Positions 36,826 through 46,758 of a stretch of DNA of 64,000 nucleotides are shown here, piece by piece. A program made the position numbers and the translations under genes. Position 1 is the first letter of the stretch; each line of letters starts with the position of its first letter. The DNA comes from Lysobacterales bacterium (GTDB lineage Bacteria; Pseudomonadota; Gammaproteobacteria; Xanthomonadales; SZUA-36): positions 13,640 to 77,639 of the forward strand of contig JAKITK010000006.1 in assembly GCA_021648125.1 (NCBI GenBank), written 5' to 3'. The notes under the pieces are model-generated. The model saw nothing but the letters and a program-made list of their open reading frames with translations, was not told where the DNA came from and searched no databases.

Positions 36826-37767
36826 ATGAAAACTGCATTTTTATTTCCAGGCCAAGGCTCCCAGTCTATTGGTATGCTCAGTGAATTAGCTGCTGCACAT
36901 CCGCAAGTGGCTGATGTTTTTGCTGAGGCCAGCGAAGCCATTGGAATGGACCTTTGGGCGCTTTGCCAAACGGGGCCACAAGAGCAGTTGAATAAAACCG
37001 AGTATACCCAGCCGGCTATGCTGGCAGCGGATATTGCAGTCTGGCAAGTTTGGCAGTCGCTCAATGGCGGTTTACCGGATTTCATGGCCGGCCATAGTCT
37101 TGGTGAATATGCAGCACTAGTGGCGACAGGCAGCATCAGTTTAAGTGATGGTATTCGTCTGGTTAATCGTCGCGGTCAATTAATGCAGGCCGCCACACCT
37201 GCAGGCGTTGGTGCAATGGCAGCTATCATAGGGCTGGATGATAAGCTGGTTGAAGCTGCTTGTGAACAAGCCTCTGGCAGTGGAATTGTCTCCGCAGCCA
37301 ATTACAACTCCCCAGGACAAGTCGTTATAGCTGGCGAAAAAGCTGCAGTGGAAACGGCTTGTCAGCTGTGTTTGGATGCAGGTGCCCGCAGGGCAATGCT
37401 ATTGGCTGTCAGCGTACCCTCGCACTGTGCTTTAATGCAGCCTGCTGCTGATCAATTTAAAGCTTCACTGGAAGCCGCGAATATCTCGGCTCCAACCACA
37501 TCGGTACTACATAATGTAGATGCCAGTGTGGCAGCAGGTGCAGAATCTATCCGTGAGCATTTGCTTGCGCAGCTGAGCTTGCCAGTGCGCTGGTCAGAAA
37601 CTATTCAACGCATGCTCGAGCTGGGTGTGCAGGCTTTCGCCGAGTGCGGGCCGGGCAAGGTACTCAGTGGTTTAAACAAGCGCATTGCCCGACGGGTGCC
37701 AATAACACCACTACAAAGCCCTGAGCATTTACAGATTACAGTTCAACAGTGGAGTGCAGAAGAATGA
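36826..37767 (+). CDS. fabD: ACP S-malonyltransferase
   Basis: FLFPGQGSQ and GHSLGEY motifs. Confidence 0.95.
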   Translation: MKTAFLFPGQGSQSIGMLSELAAAHPQVADVFAEASEAIGMDLWALCQTGPQEQLNKTEYTQPAMLAADIAVWQVWQSLNGGLPDFMAGHSLGEYAALVATGSISLSDGIRLVNRRGQLMQAATPAGVGAMAAIIGLDDKLVEAACEQASGSGIVSAANYNSPGQVVIAGEKAAVETACQLCLDAGARRAMLLAVSVPSHCALMQPAADQFKASLEAANISAPTTSVLHNVDASVAAGAESIREHLLAQLSLPVRWSETIQRMLELGVQAFAECGPGKVLSGLNKRIARRVPITPLQSPEHLQITVQQWSAEE

Positions 37768-38507
37768 GTGAGTTTACAGCTAAAGTCGCACTGGTAACTG
37801 GTGCCAGTCGGGGAATAGGCGCAGCGATAGCGGATCGTTTGGTTGCTGATGGCATGTTGGTGATTGGGACTGCTACTTCTATAGCGGGTGCAGAGAAAAT
37901 CGAAACCCGCCTTACAAAGCTTGGTCAGGGGGCAGGGCGCGCACTTGATGTTAATAATGCCGCTGCGGTTACTGACTTGATAAAAGAAATAACAGCGCAG
38001 TGGGGTGCACCGACGGTGCTGGTCAATAATGCCGGTATTACCCGGGATCAACTATTGATGCGCATGAAAGAACAAGATTGGGCCGATGTTATTGATACCG
38101 ACCTGCGTTCGGTATTCCGTTTAAGCAAGGCCTGCCTGCGGGGAATGATGAAGGCCCGTGATGGGCGAATCGTTAATATCTCTTCAGTAATTGGTTCAAC
38201 CGGCAATGCCGGGCAAAGTAATTACGCAGCTGCTAAAGCTGGAATTATCGGTTTCAGCAAGTCTTTGGCAAAGGAAATTGGCTCGCGAGGCATTACCGTG
38301 AATGTGATCGCTCCCGGATTTATTGCCACAGATATGACGGATAAGCTCTCAGAGCAACAAACCCTAGCGATGCTCGGTCAAATACCATTAGCAAGATTAG
38401 GCTGTGTTGCCGATATTGCTGATGCGGTATCCTGGCTGGTATCTTCACAGGCCGCCTATGTCACAGGGCACACCTTGCATGTTAATGGTGGCATGTTCAT
38501 GGAGTGA
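37764..38507 (+). CDS. fabG: 3-oxoacyl-ACP reductase
   Basis: VALVTGASRGIG, NNAGIT and YAAAKAG SDR motifs. I place the start at ATG 37764 (ATGA overlap with the fabD stop) rather than the track GTG at 37749. Confidence 0.93.
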   Translation: MSEFTAKVALVTGASRGIGAAIADRLVADGMLVIGTATSIAGAEKIETRLTKLGQGAGRALDVNNAAAVTDLIKEITAQWGAPTVLVNNAGITRDQLLMRMKEQDWADVIDTDLRSVFRLSKACLRGMMKARDGRIVNISSVIGSTGNAGQSNYAAAKAGIIGFSKSLAKEIGSRGITVNVIAPGFIATDMTDKLSEQQTLAMLGQIPLARLGCVADIADAVSWLVSSQAAYVTGHTLHVNGGMFME

Positions 38508-38681
38508 ATTAGATAAATCTTATAATTCATTGATATTTAAACAAATATAAAATATTCTTATTGAAGAAAGAAAGAAAGCGTCTGAGCTTAATTACCCATA
38601 TGTTAGCCGTTAACGGGTATAAACACGGCGTTCAGATTCAGGTATAATTATGACGACTTATTACAAAGGAAGCATTAAATC

Positions 38682-38915
38682 ATGAGTAACATCGAAAAAC
38701 GCGTTAAGAAAATCGTTATTGAACAGCTGAATGTAAGTGAAGATGAGGTTAGCAATAACGCATCATTTATCGACGATCTCGGCGCGGATTCACTGGATAC
38801 CGTCGAACTCGTTATGGCACTGGAAGAAGAATTCGAGTGTGAAATTCCTGACGAGGATGCAGAAAAAATCACCAATGTACAACAGGCAATCGATTATGTA
38901 ACCAGCGCAATTTAA
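38682..38915 (+). CDS. acpP: acyl carrier protein
   Basis: 77 aa with the [20 protein letters not shown] phosphopantetheine site. Confidence 0.97.
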   Translation: MSNIEKRVKKIVIEQLNVSEDEVSNNASFIDDLGADSLDTVELVMALEEEFECEIPDEDAEKITNVQQAIDYVTSAI

Positions 38916-39021
38916 GCGTATATTACAGCTTTGCACATCATGACCGGGTGGAACCCCGGTCGTGATGCTGGCATAACCCAGCACAGAATCAAGCTGGTAA
39001 CACACATTTCGAGGACATACA

Positions 39022-40269
39022 GTGAGCAAGCGTAAAGTTGTCTTAACCGGCATGGGTATTATTTCCCCAGTTGGAAATACTCTTGAAAGCGCATGGGATG
39101 CAATTTCAAACAGCCGTAGTGGTATCGCCGCATTAACTGCCTACGATGCAACAGAATTTAAAACCCGCTTTGCAGGTGAAATCAAAGACTTCGACATCAG
39201 TCAGTGGCTATCTGCAAAGGAAGCCCGCAAGATGGATCCGTTTATCCATTACGGCATGGCAGCTGCATTGGATGCAATTAAAGATTCTGGCTTCGAGGAT
39301 TTTTCCGAGCTGGATCTTGAGCGGGTTGGTGTCAACATTGGCTCTGGCGTTGGTGGGCTTGCCGGGATTGAGGCAACCACACTCAAAATAGATAAAATGG
39401 GTCCGCGCAGAATTTCGCCGTTTTATATTCCTTCAACCATTATTAATATGGTGTCAGGTAACCTTTCTATAATGAAAGGCTATAAAGGCCCTAATATTTC
39501 ACTGGTTACCGCCTGTAGCACAGCAACCCACAGCATTGGCATGGCTGCCAGAATGATTGCCTACGGCGATGCCGATGTAATGATTTGCGGTGGCGCAGAA
39601 TACGGCACTACCAAATCAGCCATGGGTGGATTCAGTGCTGCCCGCGCACTCTCAACCCGTAATGAGGACCCCCAGGCAGCCAGTCGCCCCTGGGATAAGG
39701 ATAGAGACGGATTTGTACTCAGTAACGGTGCGGGCATTGTAGTGCTCGAAAGCGAAGAGCACGCGCGCAAACGGGGAGGTAGAATTTACTCCGAAGTTGC
39801 CGGATTCGGAATGAGCGGTGATGCTTTTCACATGACCTCGCCGCCCGTCGGTGGAGAAGGCGCTGCCCGTTGTATGCAAATTGCGTTGGCGGATGCCGGT
39901 GTGAATTTAGATGAAGTGAATTATATTAACGCCCATGGGACTTCTACCCCAGCCGGTGATACCGCGGAATCTGATGCGGTGAAATCCGTGTTCGGCAAGC
40001 ATGCCTATAATCTGATTATGAGCTCAACCAAGTCGATGACTGGTCATCTGTTGGGTGCTGCTGGAGGTGTGGAGTTGATCTTTACAGCCTTGGCATTACG
40101 CGACAACTTAGCTCCGCCGACCATCAATCTGGATGAGACCAACCCGGAAGATGACCTTAATTATGCTGCCCATACAGCCGTTGAAATGCCGATCGATGTC
40201 GCGATTTCTAATTCATTTGGATTCGGCGGCACCAATGGCAGTGTACTGTTGAAACGCTACACTGGGTGA
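39022..40269 (+). CDS. fabF: beta-ketoacyl-ACP synthase II
   Basis: 415 aa, GTG start. ACSTATHSIG active-site Cys, NAHGTSTP and GHLLGAAG. Confidence 0.95.
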   Translation: MSKRKVVLTGMGIISPVGNTLESAWDAISNSRSGIAALTAYDATEFKTRFAGEIKDFDISQWLSAKEARKMDPFIHYGMAAALDAIKDSGFEDFSELDLERVGVNIGSGVGGLAGIEATTLKIDKMGPRRISPFYIPSTIINMVSGNLSIMKGYKGPNISLVTACSTATHSIGMAARMIAYGDADVMICGGAEYGTTKSAMGGFSAARALSTRNEDPQAASRPWDKDRDGFVLSNGAGIVVLESEEHARKRGGRIYSEVAGFGMSGDAFHMTSPPVGGEGAARCMQIALADAGVNLDEVNYINAHGTSTPAGDTAESDAVKSVFGKHAYNLIMSSTKSMTGHLLGAAGGVELIFTALALRDNLAPPTINLDETNPEDDLNYAAHTAVEMPIDVAISNSFGFGGTNGSVLLKRYTG

Positions 40270-41651
40270 GTTTGACAAGGCAACTGCCTGAGCTACCAGA
40301 CCTGACCGGCCTGCACAGGCAAAATCCAGAAAAATACCCGCATTACCTTAGTAGTGCGGCCGACAGTGTCTTAAATCACCCAAACGAACGGTTTTCAATG
40401 TTATTCCTTGCGCGGGGGGAAACCCTTGAATTATCAACCAACGGCCAGTTACACGGACCGGATGAGCTAATTTCTGCAAACAAGAGTTTTCTGAGCGCTC
40501 TAGACGACTGGTTTCAACATCTAAAAGTAGCTTTTGATAGCGCTGATTCTCTGCCATTTTACGGTGGCTGGTTTGTATTCCTTGGGTATGAGATTGCGGC
40601 AGAAGTAGAGCCCGTACTGGATTTACCAGACTGTGTAAACCCTACTGAAACATCAGAATTCCCGGTCGCCTTTGCGCAACGCTGCCCGGCAGCCATTATT
40701 ATTGACCATAATCAGGGCAATGCCTGGCTGGTTGCCGAAAAACCAGAATTGCTGGAAGAAATGCAGGCTGATCTCGTATCTACCGATAATTCCCCACAGG
40801 TAAACCAGTTACCGGACTTTACACTCTGTGTTGACCCAGATGAACGCTATCTTGCAGCAGTAGCATCAGCGATTGAGTATATCCACGCAGGCGATGTGTT
40901 TCAGGTCAACCTGTCACGGGCATGGAATATACAGGCACAACAAAACATCCCCGAGCCCATGGCGATTCTGGAAGCCCTGCAAACCAACAATCCTGCACCC
41001 TTTGCCGGCTTATCTATCTATCGACAACAGGCGATTATTAGTTCATCACCAGAGCGTCTGTTGGAAATCAACGGCCCGCTGGTGCAAGCTCGACCCATTG
41101 CCGGCACCCGCCCGCGTAGCAGCAGTGCCGCAGATGATAAGGCCTTGCTGGAAGAGTTAATTAATCACCCAAAAGAACGATCCGAGCATATTATGTTGAT
41201 CGATCTGGTGCGCAATGACCTCGGGCGTGTCTGCGAGACCGGCAGTGTACAGGTTGATGAATTGATGGTGGTTGAGCAACATCCGCATGTGCATCACATT
41301 GTTTCTAATATTCGCGGTAAATTAAAGCCTGTATATTCTCCCATCGACGCGATTCGCGCGATTTTTCCGGGCGGGACTATAACCGGTTGCCCGAAGGTGC
41401 GCTGTATGCAGATTATTGCGGAACTCGAACATGCAGGGCGCGGTGTTTATACCGGTTCAATGGGTTATCTCAGCCGCAATGGAAATTTAGATATGAATAT
41501 TCTTATCCGTAGTCTGTTTCAACAAGGTAAAAAGCTGGTATTTCGTACTGGCGGTGGTATTGTTGCTGATTCAGAACCTGAAGCCGAGCTGCGGGAAACC
41601 GAAGCCAAGGCAAAAGGCCTATTGCTAGCACTGGGGCTCAGCCATGCATGA
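40266..41651 (+). CDS. pabB: aminodeoxychorismate synthase component I
   Basis: 461 aa chorismate-binding family (SSSPERLL, PIAGTRPR, EHIMLIDLVRND, GGTITGCPK). Overlaps fabF and the pabC gene that follows. Confidence 0.8.
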   Translation: MSLTRQLPELPDLTGLHRQNPEKYPHYLSSAADSVLNHPNERFSMLFLARGETLELSTNGQLHGPDELISANKSFLSALDDWFQHLKVAFDSADSLPFYGGWFVFLGYEIAAEVEPVLDLPDCVNPTETSEFPVAFAQRCPAAIIIDHNQGNAWLVAEKPELLEEMQADLVSTDNSPQVNQLPDFTLCVDPDERYLAAVASAIEYIHAGDVFQVNLSRAWNIQAQQNIPEPMAILEALQTNNPAPFAGLSIYRQQAIISSSPERLLEINGPLVQARPIAGTRPRSSSAADDKALLEELINHPKERSEHIMLIDLVRNDLGRVCETGSVQVDELMVVEQHPHVHHIVSNIRGKLKPVYSPIDAIRAIFPGGTITGCPKVRCMQIIAELEHAGRGVYTGSMGYLSRNGNLDMNILIRSLFQQGKKLVFRTGGGIVADSEPEAELRETEAKAKGLLLALGLSHA

Positions 41652-42480
41652 TTGTTTAATCGACGGGGAAATCAGTTCAGAAATACCGGTCAGTGACCGC
41701 GCGTTTCTTTACGGGCACGGTATTTTTGAGACCATTGCGGTTGAATCAGCGCAGCCGGTATTCTGGCAACAACATTTGCTGCGCCTGCGTGAGGGTTGCC
41801 AGCGCCTGGGTTTGTGTATGCCAGATGAAATCGTACTCCTGCGGGAATTACAGACAGTCTGTGCCGGCAAGTTACTCAGCGTAGTTCGTATTTCGATAAG
41901 CGCCAGCGGTGGTGCGCGCGGCTATTCGGCCTATACGCCATCAGGGCCGACCGCAACCCGGCGTACTGTTAGCTGTCATGCCTGGCCTGCAGATGTTGAA
42001 CTACCACGATTAAAAGGTATAGAACTGCCTATTGCCGAGTATCAATTGGCGCATAACCGTCGACTGGCTGCGATCAAACATAGCAATCGTCTAGAGCAAG
42101 TTATCGCGGCATCAGAGCCTGCAGTAAGTAAGGCTGGCGAAGGACTGATGCTGGATCAGGATGAGTTTGTAATCTCGACTGTTTCGGCTAATATATTTTT
42201 GGTAAATGGTGGCCAGTTAATTACCCCGAGAATGGATCGCTGCGGTATTCATGGGGTAACCCGCGGGGCAATCTTACAGGCATTTTCCCATCGATGCGAA
42301 AAACGCCGGGTTACACTTCAGTTACTGAGTGAAGCTGAGGAAGTTTTTCTGTGCAATAGCATCAGAGGTATCTGGCCCATTACCCGGATAGCGGACTGGC
42401 AGTTTGAAATAGGGCCTTTCACCCGCGAAATTCAAGCATGGTTAGGGCAACAATCTAAACTACTGGCTAAACCCGCATGA
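41644..42480 (+). CDS. pabC: aminodeoxychorismate lyase (class IV aminotransferase fold)
   Basis: 278 aa. DRAFLYGHGIFET N-terminus, conserved position before mltG. Confidence 0.8.
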   Translation: MHDCLIDGEISSEIPVSDRAFLYGHGIFETIAVESAQPVFWQQHLLRLREGCQRLGLCMPDEIVLLRELQTVCAGKLLSVVRISISASGGARGYSAYTPSGPTATRRTVSCHAWPADVELPRLKGIELPIAEYQLAHNRRLAAIKHSNRLEQVIAASEPAVSKAGEGLMLDQDEFVISTVSANIFLVNGGQLITPRMDRCGIHGVTRGAILQAFSHRCEKRRVTLQLLSEAEEVFLCNSIRGIWPITRIADWQFEIGPFTREIQAWLGQQSKLLAKPA

Positions 42481-43475
42481 ATAAATTTCTGCTAATACTG
42501 GTGTTACTGTTATTGCTACTTGGTGCTTCAACGGGCTGGGTTTACCATCAGTATCAAGGTTTCCTGCAGCAGCCGCTGCAGGTTCAGGCTGGTGGGCAAA
42601 CAATTACTATCAAGCGGGGTAGTAGTCATGCAGCGATGGTAGAAAAGCTGCTGACCGAAAAAATCAGCAAAGACCGTTGGCCTTGGCGTTTGTTACAGCG
42701 GCTTGAACCACAGCTTATTAAGGCCGGAGAATATCAACTTGAAGCGGGGATGACGCCGCAAATGTGGCTGCAACGGCTCAGCAAGGGTGAGGTCATTCGC
42801 TATAGCTTTACTATAATTGAAGGTTGGCGTGCAGCTGAATTATTGGTAGCCCTGCAAGCAGATGATCGTTTGGTACAGAGCTTGAATTCAGAAGCGCAGG
42901 CCGGGCTCTCGGCTACTCTGGGTATCGATGGTGAATTCATTGAGGGTTGGTTTCTGCCGGAAACTTATAGCTTTACCAAAGGTGACAGTGATTTGAGCAT
43001 CCTTCGCCAAGCCTATCATGCGATGCAGACACAACTGGAAAAACACTGGCAGGAAAAAGCCCCAGACTTGCCGCTAGATAACCCCTATGAAATGCTGATA
43101 CTAGCATCCATTGTTGAAAAGGAAACCGCGCTGGCCTCAGAACGCAGCGATGTTGCTGGGGTTTTTGTGCGGAGGCTACAAAAACGCATGCGCTTGCAGA
43201 CTGATCCAACGGTCATCTATGGTCTGGGTGATGCCTTTGATGGCGATATCCGCCGTCGAGATTTACGCACAGACACACCCTACAACACTTATACCCGCTT
43301 TGGCTTGCCACCAACACCGATTGCACTGCCAGGAGCCGCATCACTAGCGGCAGTGGGCCAGCCAGCGGATGGTAAAACACTGTATTTTGTTGCTGACGGC
43401 AGCGGGGGACATACTTTTTCTGAGACTTATGCAGAACATAATAAGGCCGTACAGCGGATGTTAAAACGAAAATGA
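42477..43475 (+). CDS. mltG: endolytic murein transglycosylase MltG (YceG)
   Basis: N-terminal TM, then the YceG domain (LASIVEKET, LQTDPTVIYG, YNTY, GLPPTPI). Confidence 0.9.
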   Translation: MNKFLLILVLLLLLLGASTGWVYHQYQGFLQQPLQVQAGGQTITIKRGSSHAAMVEKLLTEKISKDRWPWRLLQRLEPQLIKAGEYQLEAGMTPQMWLQRLSKGEVIRYSFTIIEGWRAAELLVALQADDRLVQSLNSEAQAGLSATLGIDGEFIEGWFLPETYSFTKGDSDLSILRQAYHAMQTQLEKHWQEKAPDLPLDNPYEMLILASIVEKETALASERSDVAGVFVRRLQKRMRLQTDPTVIYGLGDAFDGDIRRRDLRTDTPYNTYTRFGLPPTPIALPGAASLAAVGQPADGKTLYFVADGSGGHTFSETYAEHNKAVQRMLKRK

Positions 43476-44089
43476 GCGCAGTATTTATTAGTCTTGAAGG
43501 CAGTGAAGGCGCCGGTAAATCATCGCTAATGCGGGTGGTTGGTAAATGGTTGGAAGATCGCGGCGACACGGTTGTCAGCTGTCGGGAACCCGGTGGTACG
43601 CCAACTGGCGAAGCTATCCGCGATATTCTTCTGGACCGCAGTCGTAGTGGGATTTTACCGCTAACCGAGTTATTGCTGATCTTCGCTTCACGCTCTCAGT
43701 TACTGGAACAAACTATTAAACCGGCGTTAGCGGCCGGAAAATCTGTTATCTGCGACCGTTTTGTTGATGCCAGTTATGCCTATCAGGGCGGCGGGCGACA
43801 ACAGCCACTGGAGCAAATCAAACAACTACAGCAACTGGTGGTAGCCGAAACCATGCCGAAACTGACAATTTTGCTGGATGTGCCGGTTAAAATAGGTTTG
43901 TTGCGAGCACAAAAAACCGGCGAGCCTGATCGCTTCGAGTCCGAACAGCGGGTGTTTTTTGAGCGTGTTCGTAAAGCCTACTTGCAGCGCGCCCGGCAGC
44001 ACCCCGAACGAATTGTAGTTGTTGATGCCAGTGCCCGTCAGTCGGCGGTGCGCAAACAGATATTATCAATTCTGGAGCAACGCCTGTGA
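43472..44089 (+). CDS. tmk: dTMP kinase
   Basis: FISLEGSEGAGKSS P-loop, DRFVDASYAYQG. Confidence 0.95.
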   Translation: MSAVFISLEGSEGAGKSSLMRVVGKWLEDRGDTVVSCREPGGTPTGEAIRDILLDRSRSGILPLTELLLIFASRSQLLEQTIKPALAAGKSVICDRFVDASYAYQGGGRQQPLEQIKQLQQLVVAETMPKLTILLDVPVKIGLLRAQKTGEPDRFESEQRVFFERVRKAYLQRARQHPERIVVVDASARQSAVRKQILSILEQRL

Positions 44090-45078
44090 GTCAGAATTTG
44101 CCCATACCCACTCCCATAGATAAGTGTTATCCCTGGCACACAAAGGTGTGGCAGCAGTTGATGAAACAACATGAAAATCAACATTTACCCCATGCTATTT
44201 TACTTAGCAGTCAGCTGCATGCCGGAATTGAACAACTTGCTGGTTGTCTTGCCGCTAGGTTGATTTGCAGCGAGGCCCGCGAAGATTCTGCCTGTGGTAA
44301 GTGCCGAAACTGTAAGCTATTTGCGAGTGGCAGTCATCCAGATGTTTTTATTCTCGAACCGGAAGAAGACAGCAAGGTCATTAAAATTGATCAAATTCGT
44401 GAGTTCGTGCATAAGATAACATTAACCGCCAGCATGGCCAGTTGTAAGGTAGCGCTGGTTCGCCCTGCGGAAGCTATGAACCGGGCAGCGGCAAATGCCT
44501 TGCTGAAAACGCTAGAAGAACCGGCGGGGGAAGCTTATATTATTCTCAGTAGCACGGAGCCTGCACGCTTGCTAGCAACCATTCGCAGTCGCTGCCAGCA
44601 ATACGCTGTTGAGCCTGCCGCGAGTGCGGCGGTGGAGGCTTGGTTCACCCAGTCCGGGCAGCAAGCGGAACAAGTTCATCCCGCCATGTTGGCAGCGCGA
44701 GGATTACCTTTGCTGGCTGCCGAATACCTGCAGGGCGATTTGCTCGATGTGCGTCGAAATGTGGGCATTGGATATTTAAAAATTGCACGCGGCCAGGCCG
44801 ACCTAATGACAGTAGCAAACAGCTGGGTAAGCCTAAAACAACCCTTGGTGTGGCTATGGTTAAGTCAGTGGATGGCTGATATAGCCCGTACCAGTCTGAC
44901 AGGTGAAGCCTGTAAGGACCCGGTTAGTGAGGCGGTACGGAAAGCGCGACCGAATTTTCCACTGGAAACCTCATTACAGTTACAATCTATGGCCATGCAG
45001 GGCTGGAGAAGCCAAGAGGGTCCTTTACGCCAGGACTTACTCTTTGAGCAATGGTTGTTACAATGGGCACAGATTTAA
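44086..45078 (+). CDS. holB: DNA polymerase III subunit delta prime
   Basis: 330 aa. PHAILL..., zinc-module cysteines (CGKCRNC), NALLKTLEEP, SRCQ. Confidence 0.9.
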   Translation: MSQNLPIPTPIDKCYPWHTKVWQQLMKQHENQHLPHAILLSSQLHAGIEQLAGCLAARLICSEAREDSACGKCRNCKLFASGSHPDVFILEPEEDSKVIKIDQIREFVHKITLTASMASCKVALVRPAEAMNRAAANALLKTLEEPAGEAYIILSSTEPARLLATIRSRCQQYAVEPAASAAVEAWFTQSGQQAEQVHPAMLAARGLPLLAAEYLQGDLLDVRRNVGIGYLKIARGQADLMTVANSWVSLKQPLVWLWLSQWMADIARTSLTGEACKDPVSEAVRKARPNFPLETSLQLQSMAMQGWRSQEGPLRQDLLFEQWLLQWAQI

Positions 45079-45148
45079 CCACCAGGGGGCGAAGAGTAAT
45101 CAATATATTCGCTTCCGACAGTGTTCAGAAATTATAAAGGAGAACAAA

Positions 45149-45490
45149 ATGGCACAGCAGGGAATTTTATCCGTATCCATCCTCGATCGCGACGCGCTGT
45201 ATAAGACCTATATGCCGTTTATCGAAAACGGTGGCTTATTTGTGCCCAGCAATAAGCATTTTCAGTTAGGTGATGAAGTCTTCCTTCTGCTGACCCTGAT
45301 GGACCTAGAAGAGCGCTTGCCGATTCCCGGCAAAGTCGTCTGGATTACTCCGATGGGCTCACAGGGAAACCGTAAACCCGGCATTGGTGTGCAGTTTGCG
45401 GAAACACCTGATGGTGAGCATGCCCGTGGGGTGATTGAACAACACCTTACCGGTATGCTTGAGAGTAATAAATCAACTCATACGATGTAG
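45149..45490 (+). CDS. pilZ: PilZ domain protein (type IV pilus assembly PilZ type)
   Basis: 113 aa from the ATG preceded by AAGGAG. LYKTYMPFIENGGLFVPS...GKVVWITP...GIGVQF resembles the Pseudomonas PilZ that follows holB. Confidence 0.8.
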   Translation: MAQQGILSVSILDRDALYKTYMPFIENGGLFVPSNKHFQLGDEVFLLLTLMDLEERLPIPGKVVWITPMGSQGNRKPGIGVQFAETPDGEHARGVIEQHLTGMLESNKSTHTM

Positions 45491-45501
45491 TGATAACCTA
45501 A

Positions 45502-46653
45502 ATGCCCATCAGGCGCGCCATTATCCATGTTGATATGGATGCCTTTTTTGCTTCAGTTGAAGAGCTGGATAATCCTGAATATAGCGGCCATGCCGTTATC
45601 GTTGGTGGCCTAGGCCCGAGGGGCGTAGTATCCGCGGCTAACTATGCCGCGCGCAAGTTCGGTGTACACTCGGCAATGCCAATAGGTAGGGCCCGCAGAT
45701 TATGCCCCCAGGGTATTTACTGTCGCGGTAATATGTCCCGTTATCGGGAAATATCGACTCAGGTGTTTTCTATTTTCAAGCAATTTACCCCATTGGTTGA
45801 AGGCTTGTCACTGGACGAAGCTTTTCTGGATGTTACCGCGAGTCGTAAAGTTTTGGGGGATATTGAAACTATCGGCATGGCGATTAAAAATAAGATATTA
45901 CAGCAAACTGGTTTAGTTGCATCGGTGGGTATGGCCGAGAATAAATTCCTCGCTAAATTGGCCTCTGATTTTCGCAAACCGGATGGTTTTTTTCGGGTTC
46001 CCGACAATGCCCATGATTTTCTTGACCCCATGCCGGTGGGCAGACTTTGGGGGGTGGGGCCTAAAACCGAACAACGGATCAAACAGGCAGGCATTCTCAC
46101 CGTTGGTCAGTTGCGACGCGCCAATATGCAATTAGTTGAATCGGCTCTCGGAGCCCAAGCCACCCATTTTCAGTCGCTCGCACGAGGTGAAGACCAACGC
46201 GAGGTCATTCCAACCCGCAGCGATAAATCCATCAGTCATGAGCAAACTTTCGATACCGACCTGAACGAGCAACGCCAAATGCTGGCGGTGTTGCAAAAAC
46301 TTTCTGAACAAGTTGGTCGGCGTTTGCGTAAGAAAAAATATACAGCCCAGGTAATTCGCTTAAAAGTACGCAGCTCACGGTTTCAAACTTTTAGCCGGCA
46401 AATAAGCCTTATCGAAGCAACAGACTCTGGCAAAGCGATCTATAGTGTTAGCAAAGCGCTACTGAACAAATGGCTGCAACAGCATCCCGGCACTGCGGTA
46501 CGCTTGCTGGGAGTAGGGACTTCAAAGCTGGAAAATAATTTCGCCATTCCCAATAACCGCCAGACAAAAACCGGCATCGAATCAGTACTCGATGAGATTA
46601 ACGACAAATTCGGAGAGCAGACCGTTGCGCCTACACTGGGGAAACTCAGATAA
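45502..46653 (+). CDS. dinB: DNA polymerase IV
   Basis: 383 aa. IIHVDMDAFFASVE, SLDEAFLDVT and LWGVGPKT blocks. Confidence 0.93.
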   Translation: MPIRRAIIHVDMDAFFASVEELDNPEYSGHAVIVGGLGPRGVVSAANYAARKFGVHSAMPIGRARRLCPQGIYCRGNMSRYREISTQVFSIFKQFTPLVEGLSLDEAFLDVTASRKVLGDIETIGMAIKNKILQQTGLVASVGMAENKFLAKLASDFRKPDGFFRVPDNAHDFLDPMPVGRLWGVGPKTEQRIKQAGILTVGQLRRANMQLVESALGAQATHFQSLARGEDQREVIPTRSDKSISHEQTFDTDLNEQRQMLAVLQKLSEQVGRRLRKKKYTAQVIRLKVRSSRFQTFSRQISLIEATDSGKAIYSVSKALLNKWLQQHPGTAVRLLGVGTSKLENNFAIPNNRQTKTGIESVLDEINDKFGEQTVAPTLGKLR

Positions 46654-46758
46654 ACAGGGGCGCTGTAGTTTTGCAAGCTCGGAAACGGTGGTCGGAGTCG
46701 ATAGTAATGCCTATTGCACAGCAATAGAGATACAAAGGACTCCAACCCCGGGTTAATC

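Noticed and set aside
44903-45148. N-terminal extension of the PilZ ORF (track ORF 44903-45490, 195 aa)
   Set aside because: The first 82 codons overlap the holB 3' end in another frame and look non-protein-like. A good AAGGAG-ATG start at 45149 gives a standard 113-aa PilZ.
45190-45215. LexA (SOS) box upstream of dinB
   Set aside because: The only CTGT-containing candidate (CTGTATAAGACCTATA) lies inside pilZ and lacks the ACAG half-site. No CTGT-N8-ACAG motif occurs in the short pilZ-dinB spacer.
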